A program made the translations under genes and the position numbers. This document shows, one piece after another, positions 1 through 13,587 of a DNA stretch of 64,000 nucleotides. How positions within the stretch are numbered: position 1 is the first letter of the stretch; each line of letters starts with the position of its first letter. The notes under the pieces are model-generated. The model ran no database searches and was not told the origin of the DNA. It worked only from the letters and a program-made list of their open reading frames with translations. The DNA is taken from the NCBI RefSeq assembly GCF_006345805.1, contig NC_043008.1:7812001-7876000 (forward strand), written 5' to 3'. This DNA is from Octopus sinensis. Lineage: Eukaryota.

Positions 1-63
1 ATATATGTATACATATATATATATATATACACATATATACAAATACATATATACATATATCTA

Positions 64-114
<51 letters not shown>

Positions 115-160
115 TATAATATATATAATATATATATATATATTTATTTATACACACATA
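1..160. repeat. (TA)n microsatellite
   Basis: Directly visible. Similar (TA)n/(TG)n/(CA)n tracts occur at ~3670-3960, 10790-11200, 11820-12275, 13330-13620, 15450-15575, 35520-35780, 46900-47115, 52270-52410, 60173-60235 and 61980-62250. Confidence 0.95.
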
Positions 161-339
161 CAATGCACGCATATGCATAATGTGCATTCATGCTTGAAAG
201 AAGATAAGTATGTATGCATTGATGTCTACATATCTATATGGAACTATACACACATTCAATCACGTGCATGCGCACACGCTCAGACACACACATATGCATA
301 TATACAAATAGATATGCATATATACGGACATACGGTATA

Positions 340-775
340 TGGTTCAAATTTGAGTACAAGGCCAGCAATATGAAAAGAAGTGGGGGGGTGTCGATTACAT
401 TGACCCCCCAGTGCTCAACTGGTACTTATTTTGTCGACCCCGAAATAATTCTGTCTACTATAGGCACAAGACCTAAAAATTTGTTGTTGGGTGCGGTATT
501 GTCGATTAGATCGATCAAGTACGCAACTTGTTCTTAATTCGTCGAAGCCGAAAAGATGAAAGGCAAAGTGGGCCTCGGCGGAATTTAAACTCAGAACGTA
601 GCGGCAGAGGAAATACCAACATCATTTCGCTCTGTGTGCTAGCGACTCTGCCACCTCGCCGCATTATCGACCCTGAAATAATGAAAGGAAGGAGTCGATC
701 TCGGCAGAGTTTGAACTGAGAACGGAATAACCGACCAAATGCTCGGCCTACTAACCATTCCTCGGGCTGGCCGCC
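340..775 (-). mobile_element. SINE family B fragments (nested or tandem, diverged)
   Basis: Repeated GATGAAAGGCAAAGTCGACCTCGGCGGAATTTGAACTCAGAACG-like motifs, as at 6040-6090. Confidence 0.7.
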
Positions 776-818
776 TTAATGCGCATAAGAATTAAATTAC
801 TAAAATGAGTTATATATA

Positions 819-1223
819 GGCGCAGGAGTGGCTGTGTGGTAAGTATCTTGCTAACCAGCCACATGGTTCCGGGTTCAGTCCCACTGCGTGGCACCTTGGG
901 CAGGTACCTTCTGTTTTGGCCCCGGGCCGACCAATGCCGTGTGAGTGGATTTGGTAGACAGAAACTGAAAGAAGCCCGTCGTATATATGTATATGTATAT
1001 ATATGTGTGTGTGTTTGTGTTTCTGTGTTCGCCCCCCTAGCATTGCTTGACAACCGATGCTGGTGTGTTTACGTCTCCGTCACTTAGCGGTTCGGCAAAA
1101 GAGACAGATAGAATAAGTACTGGGCTTACAAAGAATAAGTCTCGTGGTCGATTTTCTCGACTAAAGGCGGTGCTCCAGCATGGCCGCTGTCAAATGTCTG
1201 AAACAAGTAAAAGAGTAAAAGAG
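819..1223 (+). mobile_element. SINE family A (tRNA-derived head, internal (TA)n(TG)n microsatellite, LINE-like tail), full length
   Basis: Head GGCGCAGGAGTGGCTGTGTGGTAAG (A box) ... GGTTCAGTCCC (B box). Tail GGCGGTGCTCCAGCATGGCCGC...GAAACAAGTAAAAGAGTAAAAGAG. More than 10 similar copies occur in the window. Confidence 0.9.
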
Positions 1224-3847
1224 TATATTACATCAAGTTAGCAAGCAATGGCTTCACGGCTAAATTATCCACAGCTTTATATATGTCAATGAACGTTTAG
1301 ACATGTTTTTGTTTTATTACTCTCGGTATATAATCCTTTTTATATCTCTGTAAAATGCATTGAGGAAATACACAAAAGGTGTTCATTGACAGTACAGCTT
1401 TCACATTTTCGGACTTTCCATGCGTGTTAGAAATCGTTATATTAATTTTCATTGGTAGACATTTATTGGACATTTATTAGAGAATGCAAAGAAATAACTG
1501 GACATAGTATTTTAAACATTACCCTTTGCATGTCACATCAAGACATTTTATTTTATCCAACACGATGATATCATTAATTTGTAAATCGAACGAATATATT
1601 TAATCTATACAATACACAGGATACGTTTTATTTATTGCAGCTTTTATTACGATAAACGAATAGAAATCATATTTAGTATTAACATTAGTATGTCCGTTTG
1701 CGTATTTTGTTACGAATACATTTACGCGAAGGCTACACTGTAGGGCGGACACAGAACAATTACAGAATGATATGCAGTGTTTAGAATTTGTCGTCAACAA
1801 ATACAGTGATTTCTTTTTCCAACATGGTTCGTTCTTCAGTGAATTTATTAATAAAAATTGTACTGTCTATATATGATAATTATACTAATAAATACGTATA
1901 TAAATACTGATAATGAAATATGGCTAGGCACTTTATAATGTTAATGAACATTTATTCATTATTTTGTACAACGACAAGAATAAACTTTCACCAACAAGTT
2001 TGAAATTATTCTTTACACAGAACTGCTGTCGTTCGCATAAAAATGAATGTATCAAATGCTAACAAGGTACATCTACCTGTTATATTATAATAAATATAAG
2101 TTAATTACTCGTATTTTTTGTCATTTTCAGGATATTATTTGTAATCCGACTTAAATATTATATGTATGACAGGTTAGATATTTGTTAACTGAGCTTACGG
2201 AGGCTAATATATCTAAAACCATGACAATTAGCAAAATATAAGATCAGTAATATTTCTTCCGATTCGAAGCTCAATAACTTCTATTAGTTACTCGCTTAAC
2301 AGAATTGTTCGCGACCCAGCTAAAATGCTTAACAATGATTTTGAAGACTATTCGTCCAGCCTTCAAATTACTTCGATGTCAATTTTGTCTTGCATCGTTT
2401 CGGGGCGAGGGGTGGCACTGGAGTTAATGAAATCGACTAAGCACATCCACCAGAATTTCAGAGCTTGTGCGAAGTAGAAAAGATTACGTCAGTTCTCGAC
2501 GTATGATAAATTAAATTACTCGGAAAATGTATATGTTAATTAGTTGTATATAACCGTTTACAATTTGAATAACATTGCATTTCAACCTATTCTGCACGTA
2601 TAAAGTTTGGTTTAACCACTGATCTTTATTCGTTGAACAACTCAACTAATTGCACTTGGCTTTATTGGCTCATTGGAATTAATTATTTCAACCATTCTTC
2701 AAGCAGAGCCATAAGGCATTGGTACTTAGGAAACATGCGGTGATTAATATGCACTCTCCTTTGTTCATTAATATAACATAATCTTTAATGATAAGTATTA
2801 ACCAAAGACAGTAATGAGCTTGTATTAGCAATGGATAATTTACAATTATATGCACAAGTTTAGTACGTATGTATTTAGCATTGGTGAACACAATTTAACT
2901 GGAGGTCTTTCGGTGAAGATCGGATAGAAATATCGACTAAACTGCTCTGGCAATGAAAGGTACATCCGGGGAATTACTTGATCAGAGAGATTCCTCGGTT
3001 TAATCAGGGACAATATTTGCACAGAGAAGTTGTATGTTGATTTAGTGGAGGAGAGGAATCGATCTCATTATTTGATAAGCATTTTGTATATCGACCAAAC
3101 AGGGATGGAAGACATCGTTAATGGCGTCCACTTGATTTGGACTCAGAACGCCTGGAGCTGGAACAAATTCCGGAAGATATTTCATCCGGTTCTTAAACAA
3201 ATCTGCAAATTTGTTGCTTGTTGCTGTATACCACAATGATATACAATTCCCTAATTGAAACATGTTCAATGTGTTTTGCTACTTCGAAATCATTTTTCAA
3301 AGAAAATCTAAATAACAGGTTAGACTTACCGAAGAAATAATTAGTCTAAGCTCACTGAAGGCATAAAGTTTCAATGATTCTTTTACACTTGTATGGATTG
3401 AAGTATAATTGCTAACTTAATTAATTCCTGACAGGAATAAAATGTGAAATCTATAACAAACAATTAAACAGGGGTGTGGGAGAATTTGCAAAAGATTCCC
3501 TGCGGATATTTCTGTGAAAGAAGATAAATATTAGATGCAACGCTATCGTATATGATTAATAATCAACCTCGGGTGTTTTAAACATTCTTTATCGTTCTGC
3601 TGTGGTTCGATGATATTGATCATTACATGAATATTTATGAAAATGAAGCGCTTGCACGCCCCCACTACACACATATATATATATGTATATATATATATGT
3701 GTGTGTGTGTTTGTGTATATGTATGTATATGCATACACATATATGTATGCATATAGATATGTGTGAGTGCAACTATATGCACCTGTATGCACATATACTT
3801 ATATGCATATAATATAGTAAATACACAGACATATATATATATATTTA

Positions 3848-3896
<49 letters not shown>

Positions 3897-3899
3897 ATG

Positions 3900-3943
<44 letters not shown>

Positions 3944-4720
3944 GGTAGATATATAGATAGAGAGAGATAGACAGGCAGACGTACATACGTACATCTATAC
4001 ATATATTTAAATTGATAAATAAATGAATATGTACATAATTTGTGTCTGTGTCTATATGCATGTTTGTAACTGTTTATTTCCATGCAAGTAAATGTGTATT
4101 ATTGTTGTTGTTATAACCTATTTCTTTCCATGAAGTGTTCGCGAACATATTAAAAGAATAATGTAAAAGATAAGATACAAAAGGAAAAGAAAAATAATGC
4201 TCAGTGTCTTATAGGAAATTTATAAATAATGATACGGAGTACCTCAATACAAATGGATAGCAAGAATTAATAGTGTATACCGATAACTGAAATACAAAGA
4301 TTTTTATAACCACTTATAAACCGATGAATGGTTAATGGCTTCTGTATTAAAACTCACAATCACTGTTGATAACACACTAACAAAGATGAACCATAATAAT
4401 TATGAAGGAAAAATGCAAGTAAAATACGATAGAATCTGAGTTAATGTTAACATCGTACCATTGATTATTTGATATAGAATTCTGCTTTGAGAGATTCTAT
4501 TATATTACGAAATAATATTTGTTTGTAGGTAATTATTAGCATCTCTCTCTGTATATAGATAATACGAAGCAAATTAGTTATTGAGGAGTGGAAACTGGAA
4601 TTAAGACAGAAGGCTCGGTCTATTCAATGCAAGATAGCGAATCCGTATGTTTTCCAAACATACAAGTGTTCATTTTGTGTATTGTTGAAGTTTTATGAAA
4701 TGAATCTATGCATGATATAC

Positions 4721-5060
4721 TCTTTACTCTCTCTTTTACTCTTTTACTTGTTTCAATCATTTGACTGCGGCCATGCTGGAGCACCGCCTTTTCTCGATGA
4801 AATCGACCCCAGGACTTATTCTGTGTAAGCCTAGTACTTACTCTGTCGGTCTCTTTTGCCGAACCGCTAAGTTACAGGGACGTAAACACACCAGCATCGG
4901 TTGTCAAGCGATGTTAGAGGGACAAACACAGACACACAAACACATACACACATATATATACATATACACGACGGGCTTCTTTCAGTTTCCGTCTACCAAA
5001 TCCACTCACAATGCTTTGGTCGGCCCGAGGCTATAGCAGAAGACACTTGCCCAAGGTGCT
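4721..5060 (-). mobile_element. SINE family A, 5'-truncated
   Basis: Reverse complement of the family A body and tail; the tRNA head is missing. Confidence 0.88.
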
Positions 5061-5429
5061 CGATTTAAAATATTCTGTTTCAATTTTACCTTTTGGATAG
5101 AACCTGGCTGCATTGATTTGTTTCGTATTAATTTAGAAATATATCGATCGACATCAAATCGTTGATGCTGCAACGGTGACATCTTCAGTTTAAGTGTCTC
5201 TACTTTTTCACCTCGTCAATATTCAATACATCCTGCAGATCAGTAATTTTAAGCGGGGCTGATTTGAAGATTACATGGACCTTAATATTTTCACCGGTAC
5301 AAATATTTTCTCAATCGAGTAATTGACTACGGTTGAAATTAAAGCTAGACCATTAAAAATGCTGAAGACATTGCACTAACCATTTTTCCGACGGCCTAAA
5401 TATTTTGACAGGTGACTAACTGAATAATA

Positions 5430-5630
5430 ATGCTTTCAAATTTTGGGACAAGGTCAGCAATTCGATTAGTTCGACCACACTACGCAGCTGATACTTATAC
5501 TATCGACCTTGAAAAGATAAAAGGTTAAGCCGACCACAGCGGCCTTTCGACTGGGAACCTAAAAACGAACGAAATACAGCTAGGCGTTTTGTCCGGCGTG
5601 CTAACGTTTCTGACAGTTCATCGCCTTAAC
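5430..5630 (-). mobile_element. SINE family B, diverged
   Basis: CCGGCGTGCTAACGTTTCTG head (reverse complement) plus a diverged core. Confidence 0.65.
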
Positions 5631-5911
5631 TGACTGAATAATGATTATAATAGTGATGTCCTCATTAACTATTAAGTGTATTCAGAAATAGCGACGGCAG
5701 AACAGTATGATACAATACAATGTTAGTTTAAATAAAGACGAGTAAAGAGACAATTAATAATAAAAAGAAAAAAAATCATTCAAACAAGAAAAACTTCCCA
5801 AATGAGTTGAAACCTTCTGATTGGCTACTAAGGAACGCTTCACTAAAACTCTCACCCTTTTGGACCAAAATTGAAATGAATTATCTTTACTTGTTACTGT
5901 TAATTGTTCCC

Positions 5912-6300
5912 CCTTTCTTATTTCTTTATTGCCCACAAGGATATAAACATAGAGGGGACAGATAAGGACAGACAAAGGGATTACGTCGGTTACATCAACC
6001 CAAGTGCGTAACTGGTACTCAATTTATCGATCCCGAAAGGATGAAAGGCAAAGTCGACCTCGGCGGAATTTGAACTCAGAACGTAACGGCAGAAGAAATA
6101 CCTATTTCTTTACTACCCACAAGGGGCTAAACACAGAGAGGACAAACAAGGACAGACAAACGGATAAGTCGATTATATCGACCCCAGAGTGTAACTGGTA
6201 CTTAATTTATCGACCCCGAAATGATGAAAGGCAAAGTCTACCTCGGCGGAATTTGAACTCTGAACGTAACGGCAGACGAAATACGGCTACGCATTTCGCC
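5912..6300 (-). mobile_element. SINE family B, head-to-tail dimer
   Basis: Two ~185-bp units, each with a B box (GAGTTCAAATTCC on the minus strand) and the GCCTTTCATCCTTTCGGGGTCGATAAATTAAGTACC core. Confidence 0.85.
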
Positions 6301-7379
6301 TTTTTTTCCTTCTATTCTGTTCTACAGATTACGAAGCAATATGTTTCAATAGTTGAACAGTTTTCTGAAGTTTTGTGAGTATCCATTACGAACAGAGTTT
6401 TAAATAACAATTATTTTCTTTCTTTGAGCTTTGGTTATGAATTATGAATTATTTGAACATTTAAAAAAAAATTTCCTCTTCACAATATGGTGGCAAGACA
6501 AACAATGTAATATAAACCTATTTAATGAAGAGAACATTTGTATATTAATCATACTGGCTAGAATTAATACAGGAAAATACGAACATAAATAAATCTTATT
6601 TATCTTGTATTCCTGACACCAGAATATATTTATAGTCTCGCACAAAAATAATAATATCGAAGGCAACAACACAAACAAGCAACATTTTAAGTATTCCTCT
6701 TTAAACTTCTCGTCAAACAATGAACATTAAAAGTTAACCATGTACCTGCTGGAAACGAATGTTTAACAGAATTGTTTTACGAAAACTTCGCTCTCTTCGT
6801 CCCAAGATTTTCATAAAAAATAAAAAAGGCGAAAATGCTGTAATAATGTTTCAGGCAAATACGATGTATCTTTTGTAAATCCTGCAAAACTGAATCCAAA
6901 GTAACTCTAGCCAGTGGATGGGATGTCGTTTTATCTTCTGCACGAATGAATACGTGGGTTGGTGTGCATATTGAATCCTGACAATGAAACTAAGAGACAA
7001 GCTGAAGCGTAAGAAATATATCGATCGACATCAAATCGTTGATGTTGCAGCGGTGACATCTTCAGTTTAAGTGTCTCCACTATTTCACCTCGTCATGGTT
7101 CAGTGCATACTGCAGATCAGTAATTTTAAGCGGAGCTGATTTGAAGACAAGATAGACCTTAATATTTTCCCCGGTACAAATCGGCAATATGATCCACTGC
7201 CAACAAGGAGATTTCTGGAATTTAACCATTAACTTCGGCTCGAAAGTCCTCCGCAACGTATCAGGCAATTGGTCAGAAGTTCAGAATCTCACCGATATTG
7301 TCGAGGTATGTTATTATTGGTCCTCATAATATATTTTATAGGAGAGTATCTTTGCATTCCATCATTTAGGAATACAAGT

Positions 7380-7670
7380 GTTCCAGTTAAGTTGATCGAC
7401 GGAATAGCCTGCTCATGAAGTTAACGTGCAAGTGGCTCAGCACTCTACACACACGCGTAGATTTAATGTAGTTCGCAGGGAGATTCGGCGTGAAACAGAA
7501 TGTGACATGGTTGGCCATTTGAATTGCAGGTACAACTTATTTTTGCCAGCTGAATGGACCGGATGAAAGTGAAATAAAGTGTCTTGCTCAAGATCACAAC
7601 ATGCCGCCAGGAAGCGAACTCAGGATCTTACGAGCGTGAGCCGTATACCCTAAGCAATAATCCATGCTCC
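7380..7670 (-). mobile_element. SINE family D (tRNA head plus CORE/V-like TCTTGAGCAAGACACTT motif), diverged
   Basis: Minus strand reads ...GAGTTCGCTTCC (B box)...GTGATCTTGAGCAAGACACTTTATTTCAC. Single copy in the window. Confidence 0.6.
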
Positions 7671-9289
7671 AGAATATATTGGTCATCTAAATACATGAAT
7701 GTAAGGGATGGGTAATGCAACTTATATTAAAACATGACCTGCTTTCTGATGTATGATGAAATATGTGCAGTTTTTGTAAGTCAATATTTGTGAAGAACGA
7801 TAAGGGTTTGAAGGGATCAGCAGTACTTTAGATCGTGCAAATGCACGGGAGCATTATATACTGTTAAATTATTATTCGTGCAGAAAAACGGGCGATGAGA
7901 TGCGTTGTGTAGGGCAGGAACTCGGCTGCAAAACGTCTGTAATAAAAAGCCACATGTAGGCCTCGTAACCCGAAGTTTTCTAAAAGGACCGCAATTACAA
8001 GATTACGACCTGGTGGCCCTTTCCCAAATGCCTCGAAATTGATGGAAGTGATTGCTATTCTTCAGTTCCAGGAATATACTTGGCAACCTACGAGCTTACA
8101 CTCCCCAAAACTAGTCAGCTTTGGGAGTAAGGGAGAGATGAAGGTTAATTATATTTTCGTAATTTCGGATCAATAAAATAAAGTATCAGTTGAGTGACCC
8201 TGTATATTTAATCAACTAACGTGCCATCTCATAACTGCGAAATTCCTGATATGAGGAAAGGTTATAAATATGTTAGAAAAGCTTATGAATTGGTAGAGAG
8301 AGAAGACTTTTCGAGTAAATACCAAAACTTGCAATTTTCTTTCTGTACATTTTCATTTCAAGTAGACTTGTCATGAATCACTTCGCTGTCAATAGAAAAT
8401 GCGTAGGCATCGCTTAATTATGATATTTTTGCCTGTCACAATAACATAGCTTCTACAAATATGTTTTACCAATAAATCATGACCCTCTCTTACTGTTCTA
8501 CTCGTAATAACCATTTCCTTTTATCGTTTAGATTTTTGCTTTATTTTTTACGGAGATATGGAAATATATTCATTCCATGTTAAATCTCCGACTTCAAGGA
8601 CAATTATACCTTCAATTTGTTTTACGAATTTCTGCTTAGCCTCAAAGGCATGCAAATGAGATGGAATCTCGATATAGATTTTAGTAATTAGAGGGTGTTC
8701 AATGTAAATCCGTTTCATTTTATTTTAGTTACAGTTACTATAAAAATATGCCCTTTAAGATCGAATAAATCAAGCACAGAGAATTATGAATATAAAAAAT
8801 ATGAATAGAAGACAGATAAATATGGGGAATAGAAAGTAGACTTCTTATTGTATTATAATAAATATACATTGTGCGGTATGGGACGTTAATATGTAATTCT
8901 TGTTAATTCATTTTGAAGGGGACAAAACCGTTTACTTGAGATGTATACTTATATTAAGACAAGATGTTGATAAAAAACATAATCGATTTGTTTTACTTTT
9001 ATGATTCAAGTTAATAAATGACGTTTTCGGCAAATATTCCCTCGTTTATTTTAGTTTAAACTGAATTGTATCACAGCGATTATATTGTACAATATTAGGA
9101 GCTTATGATTTAAGGGAACCGGGTTTTACTAACCTAATTGTCATATGAAATGATGAATGGATAATATATCGCTTCAGAAATTGTGTAATCATTCGCCTAA
9201 TACTTAAGTGCATCGGGGAGATGACTACAAGATGTTCCAATTACTATAGTTTGCACGGTTCAAAGTGCAATAACATATTAATATTAGGG

Positions 9290-9450
9290 CAAACTGCTTA
9301 GCGGCTTTACCTCTATGTGTACGTTGTAAGTTCAAATTCTGCCAGGGTCGATTAGGTCTTCCATCTTTAAAAATAAGTGCCTGTGGTGCACTGAGAAAGA
9401 TGTAATCGGTTTAGCGCTTCCTTTCTCCGAAATTGCTGGACAAATATCAG
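9290..9450 (+). mobile_element. SINE family B, diverged fragment
   Basis: TGCTTAGCGG...AGTTCAAATTCTGCCAGGGTCGA...GATGTAATCG. Confidence 0.55.
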
Positions 9451-9512
9451 AATAAGAAATCAATATTAGGGCGACGATGACTGGAAATGAGATAATTTGA
9501 AATGGAATGTAT

Positions 9513-9922
9513 GCGCAGGAGTGGCTGTGTGGTAAGTAGCTTGCTAACCAACCACATGGTTCCGGGTTCAGTCCCACTGCGTGGCATCTTAGGCAAATGT
9601 CTTCTGCTATAGCTCCAGGCCGACCAATGCCCTGTGAGTGGATTTGGTAGGCGGAAACTGAAAGAAGCCCGTCGTATATATGTATATATATATATATGTG
9701 TGTGCGTGTATGTTTGTGTGTCTGTGTTTGTCCCCCTAGCATTGCTTGACAACCGATGCTGGTGTGTTTACGTCCCCTTCACTTAGCGGTTCGGCAAATG
9801 AGACCGATAGAATAAGTACTGGGCTTACAACAGAATAAGTCCCGGGGTCGAGTTGCTCGATTAAAGGCGGTGCTCCAGCATGGCCGCAGTCAAATAACTG
9901 AGACAAGTAAAAGAGTAAAAGA
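9513..9922 (+). mobile_element. SINE family A, full length
   Basis: Aligns end to end with 819-1223. Confidence 0.9.
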
Positions 9923-11322
9923 GAGAGAGAGAGAGTAACGTCTTTTATATTCCTCGTCGAAAGCCATTTGCGTTTCATCATAATAATATTATAAGGGACC
10001 GCAAAAAATTATTACGTATCACATCTACCATATATTGACATTTACGTTAATTAGAAGTCTGAAATGGCACACACACACACACAAAAAAACACATTGTGAT
10101 GTTACTAAGTCACATGCAAACCGTTCCTACTGGCTGCCATTCAATTATATTACAATGCATTCGTTCGTGTATAACATTTTCGTTTTTGTATTGGAATGAG
10201 AAGGCATTGGTCGGGATATGGATGCCCTCTCGAAATAATGATTATATATACTAAATTTCCAAATAACTGATGTCATGAATTACTAGTCTTTCTTAAATAC
10301 AGCATTGCTAGTGTGAAGTGAGCTGGAATCTCAAAGAAGCACGCGCATAGATACGTCCACCATCATTAATTATGGAAAATTAATTGAACTGTTTATAGAT
10401 CAAATAACTTGCCGATATTATAGATATCCCAACAACGATGGTTTACCTAGCAACCTAGCTATAAATTAATTCTTGGCTATCTGGCGAACATCATAACACA
10501 TATCATATTTTATTAACCAAAAAAGATATACGTAGTAGAAATGATGGATAACGCGAGAACAAAAGATTGTAACATATTCATGTATTTTGGGCTTAGCGAA
10601 TGTGCTGCTGTTGGAGTGCAGATAATATAACGTGAAGGTATGTTAAAAAACAGCAGAGTTTACGTTGAGTAAAATATACTATGATATATACATATTAATA
10701 ACTATATTTGTGCGTACAAATGAAAACATATTAGATAATAATATATTCATACACAGTAATGCAAACACAACACACAAAATATACATAAGCCTATATATAT
10801 ACAAACATATAATGTATATGTATATATGTATATATATATATAAATATTATATATATATATATGTATATATATAATATATATATATATCTATATATATATA
10901 TATATGTATATGTATATATATGTATATATATATATATATAATATATATATATGATATTATATATATATATATTATATATAACATATATACATATACATAT
11001 ATATACATATATATATAAAAAAATATATATATATAACATATATATATAGTATATATATATACGTATATAATATATATGTATGTGTATACAAATATATATA
11101 CATACGTATATATATGTATGTGTGTGTGTGTGTGTATCTATGGAAACCACCAGTGCAAGTTACTCAGTACCTTGGGATATATATATATATATATATATAT
11201 TTACGTGTGTGTGCGTGCGTATGTGTGTAAGTGTTTTGTGAACACGCATGTGTGTGTGTCAATATATTCATATTTATATATCTGAATAAATAAGTATATG
11301 TGTACATGCTTTCCTTTATATG

Positions 11323-11364
<42 letters not shown>

Positions 11365-11907
11365 ACAGACACTCGCAACCTAACGCTCACATAAACATAT
11401 ATTTAAATCGCGACACACGCACATACAATAGGAAATAATGTTTTGGTTTGCGTGTGATTTATTGATATATGACTTACTGCTGTTACATAATGAATAAAAA
11501 AGATTTATCGATGGAAAGAAAAAAAGCGGAGAGTTTCCATCCATTGATGTTGAATGCTAGTTCCTTACAAATAGATATATCTTTCGTTCGTTATTGAGTT
11601 TGGCTGTTAAGCTGTCTTTTACTTCGCCCGCATCTCATAAATAATAAGCAATGATATAGCCACAAGCATTGAAGAGAGGAGTAGGCATCCGCTGTCATAT
11701 TTGCTTTGATACAAGACAAACGTAGTGTATAATAAATTAATATAAGATGGTATGCAATAAATTAACTCACCACGGTTGGATATATTAGGCAGGTAGTATT
11801 CTGAACATGAGAAACAATATACGTGTGTATGTATGTATGTATGTATGTATGTATGTATGTATGTATGTTGTATATATATATATATATATATTCATAGATA
11901 TATATAT

Positions 11908-11960
<53 letters not shown>

Positions 11961-12079
11961 CATACCTAAATACATATATATATATGCATGTATATTTATA
12001 TATATACGTATCTATATGAATACATTCATCATACATACACACCGTGTGTGCGTGTATGTGCATAAATATATACATATAT

Positions 12080-12132
<53 letters not shown>

Positions 12133-12200
12133 TTATATATATATATGCATATATTATATGTTTATATATATATAAACATACATTCCTATATATGTATTTA

Positions 12201-12278
<78 letters not shown>

Positions 12279-12647
12279 CATAGTTTTTCTCCTGTGTGGT
12301 CTGGCAGATATTTCAATATGTATTCAAAGCGAAAGAAAATATTCATCATAAATTATCTAATTGATGATTAAATTTAGATAATTATGAAATATTGCGTGGT
12401 AATCTTGTGTGTGTACGCTGAGAAACGTTTCAACGTCAATTAATCTCTCAACTATATCATGAAATTTATATACGAGATCCGTTAACCCATGGTATTTCTG
12501 CGTTTCAACTAAAATTCAACATTGAAGTAAATCCAAGTATTGGGCAGTCAATAATTTTATATCCTTTTTCTATCTATATGAAGTTATAGTTTTGTCTGTC
12601 TTCCATATACATACATATATACATACACACACACACACATATATATA

Positions 12648-12704
<57 letters not shown>

Positions 12705-12859
12705 TTCTTCTTCTCCTCCTCCTCATTATTATTATTATTATCATTATTATAATTTACTTAAAGACCACCATACATGTATTTAACCGCTACGAATATTTAT
12801 CTTTCAATAGTTTTTTGGTGAATTTTCTATCTCAGAAGAATAATTATATATATATATAT

Positions 12860-13328
12860 AGGAAAGGTTGAAACAGCTACTCCCTGGAGAGAAGACGGAA
12901 GAGGTATGCAGTAATATATATCTGGAAGATCCTGGAAGTAATTGTGTCAAATTTTGGCATTGAAAGCTACACCAATAACAAAACGTTACGATACTGCATG
13001 GTGCCAAAGGTCCCAGCAATACCATCACGCTACAGGACCAGTTACTGCAACAGCCTGGATTCCAAGGGCCCACAGCTTTTTAACATTCTCCCAAAGAGTC
13101 TGAGGAAATTCCACAAAGTAGATGTAGGGGTTTTTAAATCAAAGCTGGACATCTTCCTGTCGAGAGTCACAGATGAGCCTACCGCACGACAAGAGGTGCA
13201 AATGAGAGTAGCTATATCAAACCCCATTCTTCATCAAGTACCACACATTAGAGGAGGCTCCTAGTAATAACAGTGTAGCGCAAAACAGCGGGTTGTATCA
13301 GCATGGGCGCATATCTTAGCTGAAACTT
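12860..13328 (+). mobile_element. CR1/L2-like non-LTR retrotransposon, 5'-truncated 3' end
   Basis: Frameshifted ERLKQL..SLERRRKRYAVIYIWKILE, then GPQLFNILPKSLR...FKSKLDIFLSRVTDEP (C-terminus of an RT ORF), a short 3' UTR, and (TA)n on both sides. Confidence 0.8.
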
Positions 13329-13442
13329 TAATATATATAATATATATATATATATATACATATTTATATATATATATATATATATATATAGATATATATA
13401 TATATATAAATATATATTATATGTGTTTATATATATATATAG

Positions 13443-13473
<31 letters not shown>

Positions 13474-13487
13474 GCATATATATATAC

Positions 13488-13587
<100 letters not shown>

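Larger units (their letters stand above)
5135..7181. repeat. Dispersed ~170-bp duplication (5135-5305 and 7012-7181)
   Basis: AGAAATATATCGATCGACATCAAATCGTTGATG...CCGGTACAAAT is present twice with scattered substitutions. Confidence 0.9.

Noticed and set aside
2880-3320. Complex, moderately GC-rich segment with short ORFs on both strands
   Set aside because: No recognisable domain, stops in all frames, and no convincing splice-site pair; cannot be called an exon without RNA data.
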